Assembly: GCA_963788195.1 (NCBI GenBank)
Contig: CAWBGA010000008.1
Location: 1-64,000 of the forward strand
DNA from: Nitrospirota bacterium
GTDB taxonomy: Bacteria > Nitrospirota > Nitrospiria > Nitrospirales > NS-4
Reading direction: 5' to 3'
Length of the DNA stretch: 64,000 nucleotides
Below the pieces are notes generated by a model. That model ran no database searches, was not told where the DNA came from, and saw only the letters and a list, made by a program, of their open reading frames with translations. Within the stretch, counting starts at the first letter, position 1. The number at the start of each line of letters is the position of its first letter. Shown one piece after another: positions 30,313-41,128 of the stretch. Both the position numbers and the translations under genes were made by a program.

Positions 30313-31575
30313 GTGGCGGCCGAGATCACGACCAGGGGTCTACTCATCGCACTCCATGGGGACCCGTCTGCATGCGTGGCGACCATCAATCGCATGTCGC
30401 CCGAGCATTTATGCTTTTTCATCCCTGAATCGGTGAGACCCAAAATTGACACCTCCGTTCAACCGAACCTTCTGAAGCTTCCGAAAAAGTGGGACACGGT
30501 GATCACGCCCGACCCCCATGGATTCGGGGCCTCGTACAAGGCTCTCAATCAGCCTCTAAGTGAGCTTCTGAAGGTGTGGGGCCTCGGCCCGGGCGAGTTG
30601 ACCGTCGATCTGGGCGGGGCCACCGCGGCGATGGCTGCCGCCGTGGCGCTGGCGACGCTGCAGCACTCCTCCCAGTTTCTCTCTTTGAAACCGGCGTTGA
30701 TCGCGGGGGACGGCCCGGTCGAAGAGTTGGTGATCGTCAACGGCACTGCGCATACCTGGCAGCAGGATAATCCCTGGGCGGAAGCCGCGCTGAGCGCTCG
30801 TCGTCACGCAGCTGACCTTTTCAATCGCGGCGCCTACCAGGGCGCAGCCGACGCCTTCCGGAATATCGAGGCCCGCGTGAGTGGAGGGCAAAAGCCGTTG
30901 TATCACGCCTTCGCCGATCTGGCTGTCGCCTACGGGTGTTGGGACCGGTTCCAGTATAAAGCCGCATGGGAATCCCTAAAGACCGCGGTGAAGGCCCTTG
31001 ATATGGCTTCCGTCTTCGGCGGCCCTCCGACCCTCAAGAACCTCGTGCCGCATTTCAAGCAGAATCTGGGTTTTCTGGAAAAGCTGGTTATGGACCCGGC
31101 TGAGATCAAGTCGGCGCTGCCGCTGGATCTTCTGGCAAATGCCAGGCGCCGCGGCGAACAGGATCACGCCTTCGATGCTGCGGTGGCGACGGCAGTACGC
31201 GCGCTTGAAGGTTTCGCACAGGTCCAGTTGTTCAAGCACAAAATCAAGACCAGCGACGTGCAGCCGGATCAACTTCCGGCGGCGATGCAAGAGGCCTGTA
31301 AGCTGTGTTGCTTGGATGACGTGGATGGTAAATACAAGCTGCCGCTCGTGATGCAGTTTCGCGCACTCGCCGGGCTAGGCGATCAGATGGGCCAGAATTA
31401 TCTAGCCCAGTGGCCCCAAATGAAACCATTGCTCGACGCCGCGCATCGCTCGCCGCTCGGGCATGGCTTCGAGTCCGCCACAGCCGAGCGCTATCATCAA
31501 CTGCTCACAATGATCGTCAAGGTCACCGGCGTCACAGACTCAGCATTGCCGAAATTCCCGCTCCTGTCGCTATGA
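30313..31575 (+). CDS. Stand-alone TIGR02710-like CARF-HEPN protein with degenerate motifs
   Basis: VDLGGATAAM at the CARF DxTGGTKxM position; LFN.GAY..A; AYGCWDRFQYKAA; DLLANARRR; RALE; HRSPLGHG at the RNxSxLAHG position. Confidence 0.72.
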   Translation: MAAEITTRGLLIALHGDPSACVATINRMSPEHLCFFIPESVRPKIDTSVQPNLLKLPKKWDTVITPDPHGFGASYKALNQPLSELLKVWGLGPGELTVDLGGATAAMAAAVALATLQHSSQFLSLKPALIAGDGPVEELVIVNGTAHTWQQDNPWAEAALSARRHAADLFNRGAYQGAADAFRNIEARVSGGQKPLYHAFADLAVAYGCWDRFQYKAAWESLKTAVKALDMASVFGGPPTLKNLVPHFKQNLGFLEKLVMDPAEIKSALPLDLLANARRRGEQDHAFDAAVATAVRALEGFAQVQLFKHKIKTSDVQPDQLPAAMQEACKLCCLDDVDGKYKLPLVMQFRALAGLGDQMGQNYLAQWPQMKPLLDAAHRSPLGHGFESATAERYHQLLTMIVKVTGVTDSALPKFPLLSL

Positions 31576-31589
31576 CTGCCGCTTGACAG

Positions 31590-31691
31590 ATGCCGAATAT
31601 TGGAACGTGGCTTGCAATCGCGGGCGTGGCAGTAGGGTTTGTGATACTTCTCTTCCTGCTTTTCAAGGAGCCCCCAGCCAGGAAGAAATAA
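31590..31691 (+). CDS. Putative 33-aa single-pass membrane protein (below ORF-track cutoff)
   Basis: MPNIGTWLAIAGVAVGFVILLFLLFKEPPARKK; fills the intergenic gap; its stop abuts the next gene's AGGAG. Confidence 0.55.
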   Translation: MPNIGTWLAIAGVAVGFVILLFLLFKEPPARKK

Positions 31692-31703
31692 AGGAGTCAG
31701 ACC

Positions 31704-31931
31704 ATGGATGTATTCGGCGGCAAAGAAGAGCTGGTTGACATCAAGATTCAGATCAGCCGTGATCAAAAAGAATGGCTCGAGAAGATGGTAAAAGAGGGGA
31801 AGATCGCCGTGCCTCCCGGCGGCACGTTAGCAATGGGATCCGTTGTGTCGATGTTCATCAGGGCATTGCTTCACAACGCCATGGAGCAGCAGGCGGCCAT
31901 GGCGCGCGAAGAGGACGATGACGACGCATAG
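31704..31931 (+). CDS. Small hypothetical protein, ribbon-helix-helix-like
   Basis: AGGAG RBS; strand VDIKIQIS then helices DQKEWLE and VSMFIRALL; acidic tail. Confidence 0.7.
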   Translation: MDVFGGKEELVDIKIQISRDQKEWLEKMVKEGKIAVPPGGTLAMGSVVSMFIRALLHNAMEQQAAMAREEDDDDA

Positions 31932-31996
31932 CACATTCTCTTCCGTTGAATAATCGTTCGTGGTGGGCTTGGGCGAACGGTGTTAAGCAGAGCGGC

Positions 31997-33286
31997 TTAG
32001 TCTTTAAGTTTCTTGAATGCCGTACACGCGGCCTTCACCGTCTTGGCAATATCCCTACCCGTGTGCTCAGTCGAGAGAAACAGCGCCTCAAACTGAGAGG
32101 GCGGGAGATAAACCCCTTCTTCCAGCATTGCTCGAAAGAAGCGTGCATACGCAACGGTATCGGACTTTTTCGCCGACGCGTAGTCGGTGACGGGCCCGGC
32201 AGTAAAAAACATGGTCAGCATCGAGCCGACCCGGTTCACGGTCACGCCGACACCCAATTCACGGGCTGCCTCCAGCAGTCCGTCGGAAAGCAATCGCGCA
32301 CGCTCCTCCAGTTGCCGGTAGAGGCCGGGCTTTTTCAATAGCTTTAAGGTCTCGATCCCGGCTGTGACCGCGAGCGGATTACCCGACAGGGTCCCTGCCT
32401 GGTAGACCGGCCCTTCCGGGGAGATCAGCTTCATGATCTGGTGGGTGCCTCCGTACGCTCCTACCGGCAGACCGCCACCAATAATTTTCCCCAGGCAGGT
32501 AAGGTCTGGCGTCACGCCATATCGCAACTGAGCGCCGCCGTAGCCCAGCCGAAAGCCGGTAATGACCTCATCGAAGATCAGCACGATGCCGTAGTGGCGA
32601 GTCAGATCCCGGAGTCGCTCGAGAAATGACCCGTGAGGCGGGATAACCCCCATGTTGCCTGCGACAGGTTCCACGATGACACAGGCAAGCTTGCCGGAAT
32701 ACATCTCCAAAATCCGTTCGACCCCGGCGATGTCGTTGTAAGCGGTTGTCAGCGTATGTTGCGCCAGGTCTGCCGGTACGCCGGGGCTGTCCGGCATGCC
32801 CAGGGTGGCAACGCCTGAGCCGGCCTTTACGAGCAGGGAATCGGCATGCCCGTGATAGCAGCCTTCGAATTTGAGAATCGCAGTACGCCCGGTATAGGCC
32901 CGCGCTAGGCGAATGGCAGTCATTACCGCTTCGGTCCCAGAATTCACAAGCCGTACCCGCTCCATCGACGGGACAGCCTCGACGATCATTTGCGCCAACG
33001 TCACCTCCAGCGCTGTGGGCGCACCGAAGCTCGTCCCGCGAGCCGCCGCCCGCGCAATCGCCTTGATCACGGGAGCCTGAGCGTGGCCCAGAATCATCGG
33101 CCCCCAAGACATCACGTAGTCGATGAAAGCATTGCCGTCAGCGTCGTAAATGCGCGCTCCTTTGGCACGAGTGATGAAATGCGGAGTCGTCCCGACGGCC
33201 TTGAACGCCCGTACTGGGCTATTAACGCCGCCCGGCATAAGTCGCCGGGCCGCTTCAAAAAGCTTCTTGGAGGCAGTGGTCTTCAT
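31997..33286 (-). CDS. hemL: Glutamate-1-semialdehyde 2,1-aminomutase
   Basis: [45 protein letters not shown]. Confidence 0.97.
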   Translation of the reverse strand: MKTTASKKLFEAARRLMPGGVNSPVRAFKAVGTTPHFITRAKGARIYDADGNAFIDYVMSWGPMILGHAQAPVIKAIARAAARGTSFGAPTALEVTLAQMIVEAVPSMERVRLVNSGTEAVMTAIRLARAYTGRTAILKFEGCYHGHADSLLVKAGSGVATLGMPDSPGVPADLAQHTLTTAYNDIAGVERILEMYSGKLACVIVEPVAGNMGVIPPHGSFLERLRDLTRHYGIVLIFDEVITGFRLGYGGAQLRYGVTPDLTCLGKIIGGGLPVGAYGGTHQIMKLISPEGPVYQAGTLSGNPLAVTAGIETLKLLKKPGLYRQLEERARLLSDGLLEAARELGVGVTVNRVGSMLTMFFTAGPVTDYASAKKSDTVAYARFFRAMLEEGVYLPPSQFEALFLSTEHTGRDIAKTVKAACTAFKKLKD

Positions 33287-33355
33287 TAAGTGGGCGCCGA
33301 CTCTAACACGCGTGGTTATTGAGGTCAAGGAACAGCAATTCTGGTACAATCGCCT

Positions 33356-34760
33356 ATGCGTCGCGTCAAAGTTGTCGCCACAATAGGACCGGCTTCTAAC
33401 TCGCCGGCCGTCCTCAAACAGCTGATCGGAGCGGGCATCGATGTTGCCCGCCTGAACTTCTCGCACGGCACGCATGAGCAGCATGGCCGGACAATCCAGG
33501 CCATCAGGGCAGCGGCCGAGGCGACGGGGCGCCCTCTCTCAATCCTTCAAGATCTGCAGGGCCCTCGTATTCGTATCGGGGAATTGTCGGCTCCCGTGTG
33601 GGTATCGACCGGTCATTCTCTGACGCTGAGCACGCAAGAAGTCCCGCCTGAAGGGCATGTACCGGTCACGTATCCACATCTGTCTTCTGATGTGAAGCCG
33701 GGGGATCGAATTTTAATCGACGACGGGCGGATCGAGCTCATTGTAGAAGATTCTTCTGAAGAGACGGTGGTCATGCACGGTTGTGACTCCCGGCGTCATT
33801 AAATCCCACAAGGGTATGAATCTCCCGGGTATCGCCGTGTCTGCTCCAACTCTGGGAGAAAAGGACCGCGCGGACCTCATCTTTGGCCTAGGGCAAGGCG
33901 TGGATTACGTCGCCCTGTCATTCGTCCGCCGACCCGAGGATGTCACAGAAGCACGCGAGTTCATCAAGGCTCGGTCAGCAGACGTGTCTCTCATCGCAAA
34001 AATTGAACGTCCTGAGGCCGTCGAGCGCCTGGCGGAAATCCTGCAGGTCGCAGACGGGATCATGATCGGCCGCGGGGATTTAGCCATCGAGACCAGCCCG
34101 GAAGCCGTTCCCTTGATTCAGAAGCGGATCATTCAAGCATGCAATCAGAGCCGTGTGCCCGTCATTACCGCGACCGAAATGCTGGAGTCCATGACTGCGA
34201 ATCCACGCCCCACTCGCGCGGAGGCCTCGGACGTGGCGAATGCGGTCTTCGATGGGACGGACGCAGTCATGCTCTCGGAGGAAACAGCGGTAGGCCGGTA
34301 TCCAGTCGAAACGGTCCAGACCATGGTCCGGATCGTGGAGGCGGCCGAGGGAAGGGACTCAGGCAAAATCACTGACGTGCCGGTACGATTCCCTGTTTCT
34401 TTTCCGATTGCGGCCTGCGCGGCGGGCGCGCGGGCGGCAACTGAGACAGCTGCCAAGGTCATTGTCGTGTTCACGGAAACCGGGATGACAGCCCGTCTTC
34501 TCTCCACGGAACAGCCAGGGGTCCCGATCATTGCCTATACACCTCACGAGGCCGTTCGCAGGCGGATGGCGCTCTACAAGGGGGTCGTCCCAAGGTCGAT
34601 GCGGCGAATTCCCAATACCGATGAGCTAATTCATGAATTGGAGCGCTCGCTTCGTGAAGAAAAATTCGCACAGACCGGCGACCGTATCGTTGTTCTGTTA
34701 GGGGCGAAGACCGGGACCAGCGGCAGCACCAGCCTGATTAAACTTCATACAATCGGATAA
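33356..34760 (+). CDS. pyk: Pyruvate kinase, frameshifted at ~33770
   Basis: [22 protein letters not shown] in the first [28 protein letters not shown] in the second. Confidence 0.93.
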
Positions 34761-34848
34761 TACATAGCCTGGATTCAGCGCCGCAAGGCCGGCTGAGGAT
34801 AACGGGACCGCTAACGCTTTGGGGTTTCGTCTGGTATAATTTTGCTCA

Positions 34849-35490
34849 ATGCAAGCAGTCGATCTTCTTATCTTCGACCTGGACGGCACTCTCATTGAAT
34901 CCAAGTGGGACATCGCCGCAGCGGTGAATTTGACCCTGGCCGACTTGAACCTTCCGCAGCGCTCCCAGGAAGAGATTTTTAGTTTTGTTGGCGACGGAAT
35001 TAAGCGCCTTCTTCGCGCCGCGGTCGGGGAGGACAATCAGGAGCGGTACGAAGACGCGCTCAAGGTCTTTCGCAGTCATTACCTGGCGCACTGCCTGGAT
35101 TGCACCAAGTTTTATCCTGGGATCGAGACCGTCTTGACCCATTTCGCGGGGAAGCTCAAAGCCATTGCGACTAACAAATCCCTTGAGTACACCACCAAAA
35201 TCGTGAACAGTCTCGGCGCTCATCATTTTTCCTATATCGTCGGCGGAGACGACGGGTACGGCCTCAAACCCGACCCTAGAATGCTGGCCAAAATCATGGA
35301 TGAGCTGTCGGTGGCCAAGGACCGTGCCGTCCTGATCGGTGACAGCACCAATGATATCAATGGAGGCCATAACGCCGGCATTAAGGTCTGCGCTGTCGGG
35401 TACGGCATGGGAGACCGCGAAAAAATGAACGCGTGCCGACCGGACTGGTTCATTGAGAAACCAGAAGAGATGATCGGGTTATTCAAATGA
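34849..35490 (+). CDS. gph: HAD hydrolase, phosphoglycolate-phosphatase-like
   Basis: FDLDGTLIES, ATNK, KPDP, IGDSTNDI, VGYG. Confidence 0.75.
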   Translation: MQAVDLLIFDLDGTLIESKWDIAAAVNLTLADLNLPQRSQEEIFSFVGDGIKRLLRAAVGEDNQERYEDALKVFRSHYLAHCLDCTKFYPGIETVLTHFAGKLKAIATNKSLEYTTKIVNSLGAHHFSYIVGGDDGYGLKPDPRMLAKIMDELSVAKDRAVLIGDSTNDINGGHNAGIKVCAVGYGMGDREKMNACRPDWFIEKPEEMIGLFK

Positions 35491-35505
35491 CGCATGTCCC
35501 GGAGA

Positions 35506-35592
35506 CCGTTCGCACTGAGCTTGTCGAAGTGCTCTGGGAAGTCTCAAAAAGAACCCTTCGACATGCCCTTCGACTTGGCTCAGGGTCAACGG
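35506..35592. repeat. REP-like inverted repeat (CCGTTCGC..TGAGCTTGTCGAAG / CCCTTCGAC..GCTCAGGG..AACGG)
   Basis: Complementary arms; single related arm at 55726-55751. Confidence 0.75.
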
Positions 35593-35608
35593 AGAGGTAA
35601 GGTGAAGC

Positions 35609-37153
35609 ATGTATCGGGCGATCATCATCCTGTTGTTCCTGTTCCTTCCTGTCGCCGCAGATGCCGCGAATCTGGAAGAGCGGGTGGTAGAGCATCACCT
35701 GAAAAATGGGCTGACACTGTTGGTCATGGAGCGCCATCTGGCGCCGATAGTCGCTGTGAACCTCACGTTTAAAGTGGGCAGTGTGAATGAGCATAGCGGC
35801 ATTACGGGAGTGGCGCATCTCTACGAGCACATGGCCTTCAAGGGAACGCGCACATTGGGAGTGACAGACGCGGAAAAGGAGAGGCCCCTGCTGGAGGAGA
35901 TGGATCGCCTGTCAGAGGCGCTCGCCGCCGAGATCGCGAAAGGCGAAGCCGCCGACAAGTCGCGGCTCGCGAGCCTTAGAGAGCAATTGACCAAGGTGGA
36001 TGAGCAAGCGCAGCGCTACGTGGTCCCGAGCGAACTCGCATCCTTGTATCAACGCCACGGCGGCGTGGGTCTGAATGCCACAACCGGCAAGGATCTCACT
36101 CGCTACTTTCTAAGCTTGCCGGCCAACCGTCTGCCGCTGTGGGCAGTCATCGAGTCGAATCGCATGAATGACATCGTCCTGCGTGAGTTCTACAAAGAGA
36201 AACAGGTCGTACTCGAGGAGCGCCGGATGCGCACCGATAACTCTCCGAGCGGGAAACTTTACGAGGCATTCACGAGCGCGGCGTATATGGCTCATCCCTA
36301 CGGTCTGCCGGTCATCGGGTGGCCATCGGATCTTCAGGCATTGACACGTGGCGAGACTCAGGCGTTCTTCCAAACCCATTACGGCCCCGCGAATGCGGTG
36401 ATCGCCGTTGTCGGCGACGTTGTTCCTCAGGAGGTGATTACGCTTATCGAGGAGACTTTCGGACGTATTCCACCGCGGCCGCCGAGCCCGCCCGTCCAGA
36501 CTCAGGAGCCGGCATCCGCCGGGGAACGACGAGTGGAAGTGGAATACGAGGCCGAGCCGGCCTTTTTGATCGGATTTCACAAGCCCGCAATCGGGCATCC
36601 GGACGATGACGTCTTCGAAGTCATTGAAGCGCTCCTGTCTGATGGCCGGACGTCACGCCTCTATCGGCGGCTCATCGATGAGCGACAGCTCGCGGCCGGG
36701 GTCTCTGCTTTTTCCGGCTTTCCGGGGTCGCGCTATCCGAATCTGCTCGTCATTAGCTCTCTGCCCCGGTCGCCCCATACGACCGCTGAACTCGAGCAGG
36801 CGGTCTACGAAGAGCTCGATGCTCTGAAGAATGAGCCGGTCAGCCGTCGAGAGCTGGAGAAGATCTTAAACCAGGTCGACGCCGCAGAGATTCGATCCCT
36901 TCGGTCCAACAACGGCATGGCCTCGCGTCTGGCCTACTATCAGGCGATCACCGGAGACTGGCGGGAGATCCTGCGAAAACGGACACGAGTGTCGAAGGTG
37001 ACACCTGAGGATATCCAACGCGTCGCCAGGGCGTACTTTGTGAAGAGCAACCGGGTAGTCGCCACACTGGTTCGACCGACCCCACCCTCTGCTTCTTCTG
37101 CACCGAAAGCACCCCCTGCGGCGACGCGTCCTCAAGGAGACGGAAAGTCATGA
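35609..37153 (+). CDS. M16 family zinc protease, catalytic subunit
   Basis: Signal peptide; GVAHLYEHMAFKGT (HxxEH); LNATT; EKQVVLEERR. Confidence 0.93.
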   Translation: MYRAIIILLFLFLPVAADAANLEERVVEHHLKNGLTLLVMERHLAPIVAVNLTFKVGSVNEHSGITGVAHLYEHMAFKGTRTLGVTDAEKERPLLEEMDRLSEALAAEIAKGEAADKSRLASLREQLTKVDEQAQRYVVPSELASLYQRHGGVGLNATTGKDLTRYFLSLPANRLPLWAVIESNRMNDIVLREFYKEKQVVLEERRMRTDNSPSGKLYEAFTSAAYMAHPYGLPVIGWPSDLQALTRGETQAFFQTHYGPANAVIAVVGDVVPQEVITLIEETFGRIPPRPPSPPVQTQEPASAGERRVEVEYEAEPAFLIGFHKPAIGHPDDDVFEVIEALLSDGRTSRLYRRLIDERQLAAGVSAFSGFPGSRYPNLLVISSLPRSPHTTAELEQAVYEELDALKNEPVSRRELEKILNQVDAAEIRSLRSNNGMASRLAYYQAITGDWREILRKRTRVSKVTPEDIQRVARAYFVKSNRVVATLVRPTPPSASSAPKAPPAATRPQGDGKS

Positions 37154-38605
37154 TACGGCGCATGTTCTGTGTGGTGTTTTCTTTTTCTTTTTTGATGACC
37201 GTCCTGGCGACGTCTTCCGTCCTGCCTGCACCCGCCGTTGATGCCCGTGATCCCCGAACGATGAGTTTTGAGCCGGTACAGATCCCGACTCCAAAAGCTG
37301 AACGTGTCGTGCTTGAAAACGGGATTGTCGTATATCTCTTGCCCGATACTGAACTCCCACTTGTCACCCTGTCCGCCTTGGTCCGCACCGGATCGGTCTA
37401 TGAGCCTGGGGACAAAACCGGCGTCGCCGAACTCACCGCCACTGTGATGCGCATCGGCGGCACTCAGCGTATGAGCGGGGATGAGATCGACGAGACTCTG
37501 GAATACCTCGCGGCAAATGTGTCGATCGGCATCGGCCATGAAAGCGGGGGCGCGACCCTCGACATTTTGAGGAAGGACTTCCGCCAGGGTCTTGCGATTT
37601 TTGCCGATTTGCTCCGCCGCCCGGCCTTTGAGGCCGGCAAAATGGAACGGGCGAAACGCCAGGCCCTTGAGTCCATTCGTCGACGAAACGACAACCCTGC
37701 AGGAATCACCGCTCGCCAATTTCGGAAATTGCTCTACGGCGCTGACCACCCGTTTGGCCGCGAGAGCACGACGGCGACGATTTCCCGAATTACCAGGGAC
37801 GACCTGGTTGACTTTCATCGCACCTTTTTCATGCTCCAGGGAGCTGATGCTCGCGGTCAGCGGGGACTTTGAAAAACAGGAGATGCTGACTGCGCTTCAG
37901 GAAACCTTTGGGGACTGGCCTGCGAAGCACGTGCCCCTTCCGGTCATTCCTCCTCCCACGACCGCGACGCCTGAGGGGCGCACCTCCGTATTCATCGTTC
38001 CCCGCAACTTGACGCAGACCCATCTGCGGCTGGGGCAGTTGTCGGTGTTCGAAAATGATCCTGACTACTTCGCGCTGGCTTTGTTGGATAACATTCTGGG
38101 AGGGAACTCTTTCACGTCGAGGCTGTTTCGCGATGTCAGAAACCGTCAGGGTCTTGCCTACTCTGTGGGGAGCGCGCTCAGGCCGGGGCACCTGGTCCCC
38201 GGCGCACTGCTCCTTCATGCCTTGACGAAAGCGCCGACGACTTACCAGGCGTTAAACAGCATGCTGGAACAGTACAACCGTCTGCGGGAGGAGCCGGTTT
38301 CAGATCTGGAGCTGCAACTGGCCAAGGACGCATTCCTGAACTCCTTTGTCTTCTCGTTTGCGGATGCGGGGCAAATCGTCGGCCGATTAATGGAATTGGA
38401 ATACTTTGGCCTACCTCCGGATTTTCTCCAACAATTTCGCGATGGGGTCGTGCGGCTTACAAAAGAAGATCTCCTGCGCGTCGCGCGGAAACATCTTGAT
38501 CCTAGCCGCCTTATTATTCTGGCGGTCGGCAAGGACGAAGATTTCGAAAAGCCACTCACGGCTTTCGGCCGGGTCACCGTCTTATTGCTGAAGCCAGAAG
38601 GTTGA
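37150..38605 (+). CDS. M16 family protease, non-catalytic subunit, frameshifted at ~37830
   Basis: Lacks HxxEH; SRLFRDVRNRQGLAY (R/Y motif); two overlapping ORFs join at the T-run near 37825-37830. Confidence 0.88.
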
Positions 38606-38607
38606 AA

Positions 38608-38730
38608 CACGGGAAAAGGCGTCTTGGCACCCGGGGTGGGTGGGTGCAGTGGGAAAAGAAATCTGTCCGGCAGATTTCAGGCCACGGGAGAAACGAGCTC
38701 GTCTTGGCGAGCTCGGGGGTAGGGTGGGTG
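38608..38730 (+). repeat. Composite hairpin repeat (same family as 1-198)
   Basis: CACGGG...GTCTTGGC...GGGGTGGGTGGGTG; GGGAAAAGAAATCTGTCC; GAGCTCG-TCTTGG-CGAGCTC. Confidence 0.85.
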
Positions 38731-38747
38731 TGATGGAGGGTGCAATC

Positions 38748-38936
38748 TTACTCGAATTCAGTCGGCAGGATCTGGTAGACCAGCTCTAAGTCAAAGTCAT
38801 CGATCAGCGTATTAGCGGTTTCCCGGCCCAGTGATGAGCGGACTTCATTGATGACGAGATCGATGGCCGGCCCCGCATGAGCCCCATACGAATCGATCGC
38901 GCTCTGAATCCGTTGCTTCGCCTCATCAATCGTCAT
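38748..38936 (-). CDS. Small hypothetical protein (62 aa)
   Basis: ATG overlaps the upstream stop (ATGA); helical composition. Confidence 0.65.
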   Translation of the reverse strand: MTIDEAKQRIQSAIDSYGAHAGPAIDLVINEVRSSLGRETANTLIDDFDLELVYQILPTEFE

Positions 38937-39700
38937 ATGTGTTCGCGACCCATCCTTTCCAGACTGGCCACATCCTGTGGATATTGCGGCAATCCATAAC
39001 GGGTATCCATGAGAACCACACGCTCCAAGCACCGCAGCGCTGATTGCCGATTGCCGGCCTGCTCATAGAGATCCGCTAAGAGCCGCAACACGGCCGCCTC
39101 TGCGGGCTCGTTTCCCAGTTTGATGAAATGCTCCGTGGCATTGTTGAGGCATTTCTCAGCTTGACCTCTTCTGCCGGCCTCTAGAAATGTCTTTCCCAGT
39201 TGGCTATAGGTCGTCGCCAGGCCTTCTTCGTCTCCGACGGCACGATGCAGTTCCAGAGCTTTCGTGAAACTGCCAATGGCCTGCTCCGTTTTTCCGGCTG
39301 TGGCCTCCTGTAGCGCCAGCGTGGAATAGAGGACCCCAAGCGCTCGTCGATCTTGAAGCGGCTCGAGAATATCCATGGCCTCAAGATAATATGCTTGAGC
39401 GCGCTCGGGGTTGCCTGCCTCGGCTTGGAGATTGCCGAGATTCACCAGTGTCTGCCCAATCGCGGCTTCGTTATGCTGCTGTCGTTGGATCTCCAGAATC
39501 TCATGATAACACCGTTCCGCCTCGGAGTAATCGCCGAGCATCGCACAGATGTTCCCGAGATTTCCCAAAGTATCGGAGAGTTCCTGCGTAGCGTCTCCTT
39601 GTCGGTCGTCCTTCAGTGCCTGCTCGTAATAAAGACGTGCCTGCGTGAGGTCACCGCGGTGAAGAAAGATCCGCCCTCTCTGTTTATCCGCTTCGGCCAT
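38933..39700 (-). CDS. Tetratricopeptide repeat protein (40-aa TPR-type repeats)
   Basis: TLGNLGN, TLVNLGN, TYSQLG repeats; start chosen at ATG 39700. Confidence 0.85.
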   Translation of the reverse strand: MAEADKQRGRIFLHRGDLTQARLYYEQALKDDRQGDATQELSDTLGNLGNICAMLGDYSEAERCYHEILEIQRQQHNEAAIGQTLVNLGNLQAEAGNPERAQAYYLEAMDILEPLQDRRALGVLYSTLALQEATAGKTEQAIGSFTKALELHRAVGDEEGLATTYSQLGKTFLEAGRRGQAEKCLNNATEHFIKLGNEPAEAAVLRLLADLYEQAGNRQSALRCLERVVLMDTRYGLPQYPQDVASLERMGREHI

Positions 39701-39880
39701 TACACCCGGCCCACCCTGGAGTTTGCCAAGACAAACTCCTTTGTCCCCTGAAGGGTTACCTGCTGGAATACGCATGTTGACGATAGTCTTCCAACGGCTC
39801 GGGGTCAATAAAAGGGGGCAGAGTCCGATTTTCGATGCACACAGCCTCATGAAAGTTATAAACTTTGGGGAAAGGACCAC

Positions 39881-40705
39881 ATGTTAGAAGACGACTTCTG
39901 CGACATCATTAAGAAAGCGCGAACCGGCCTTGGTTTAAGTATTGAGGAGATCGCCGCGCATGCCAGGCTCTCAGCCTCAGCAATTCGAGAGCTCGAGGCC
40001 GGACGGCGTTCTCCTGATCGGTCAGAAGTCCCGGGCATCGCCTCGGCGCTTGCTTTGGATGGCACGAAATTGGCGTCCATTGCGTGCGATGCCTGGACAC
40101 CTACTTTGCCGCTGCACGATGACGCCGTCACTACCATAAACGGCGATATCGGGGGTTACGCCGTCAAAGGCTATATCCTGCGTGATGCGGAGAGCGCAGC
40201 GGCCGTCATTGTTGATACAGGCTATAACCCCGACGCAATGCTGACGGCGCTCGAGCGAGAAGGTTTGCGGTTGAAGGCTGTGTGTCTGACTCATGGCCAT
40301 CACGATCATGCCGGGGGGCTGGATCAGATCCTCGCAAAGTTTCCGGTGCCGGTTCACATCGGCGAGGAGGACTGGGCCCTCCTGCACTGGAAGCCTCCTC
40401 TCTCTTTACGCAGATTTGTGAAGGACGGCGATGGCGTGGACCTCGGCACAACGCGCTTACGTTTCTTGCGGACGCCAGGCCATACTCCCGGCGGCGTGTG
40501 TTATCAGGCACCGGGGTGCGTTTTCGTAGGAGATACCTTGTTCGCAGGCAGCATCGGCCGGGCAAACCCTGCGACGCTTTACAAAACCCATCTTCAAAGC
40601 GTGCGAGAAAGACTCCTTGTACTGCCCGACGATCTCACGCTGTTCCCCGGCCATGGCCCGTCCACGACGGTCGCAGAGGAGAAGGCGCACAATCCCTTCG
40701 CATAA
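39881..40705 (+). CDS. XRE-type HTH fused to glyoxalase-II-like MBL hydrolase
   Basis: IKKARTGLGLSIEEIAAHARLSASAIRELEAG; THGHHDH; TPGHTPG; GDTLF; PGHG. Confidence 0.85.
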   Translation: MLEDDFCDIIKKARTGLGLSIEEIAAHARLSASAIRELEAGRRSPDRSEVPGIASALALDGTKLASIACDAWTPTLPLHDDAVTTINGDIGGYAVKGYILRDAESAAAVIVDTGYNPDAMLTALEREGLRLKAVCLTHGHHDHAGGLDQILAKFPVPVHIGEEDWALLHWKPPLSLRRFVKDGDGVDLGTTRLRFLRTPGHTPGGVCYQAPGCVFVGDTLFAGSIGRANPATLYKTHLQSVRERLLVLPDDLTLFPGHGPSTTVAEEKAHNPFA

Positions 40706-41128
40706 AGCTCCGCAAATCCCGAGGCGGGTCCTGTCGGCAACCAGCCCAGCCGTGCTCACTTCAACGCAGACGATTCGTATCGCGCGGCCGGGCGCCCCGG
40801 TTTGCCGCCACCCACCTCTAGCTTTGACTCCGCTAACTGAAAGTCAAATTCAGCGTGAATTCGCTAACGCGGCCTAGAGGGATGCAGGAAGCACACACAA
40901 TCTAAAGATCTTTGTCTGCTAGGTGAATTACCAGAGGGGAGAAAAGGGACAGGCTCCTAGCCCACGCGGCTTTTGTTAAGTGATTCCACGCATTGTCCTG
41001 TCTAATCTGTAAGGTGCGTCGACTCCCGTTCGGACAGATCACGGTTATGTGTATTGACCGCACACAGAAACCGCTGGCGTATTGCACAGCGCCTGTCCTG
41101 CCCGCGCGCACACGTGCGGGCTGATGTG

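Noticed and set aside
30313..31575. CRISPR-Cas locus implied by the CARF-like gene
   Set aside because: No repeat-spacer array or cas core genes anywhere in the window
33760..33790. Programmed ribosomal frameshift in pyk and the other split genes
   Set aside because: No slippery heptamer or stimulatory structure; many unrelated genes are affected, so indel error is more parsimonious
40815..40880. CCTCTAG...CTAGAGG stem with two GCTAAC motifs as integron attC or ncRNA
   Set aside because: No matching GTTRRRY arm, no integrase and no repeated cassette pattern; cannot support a call
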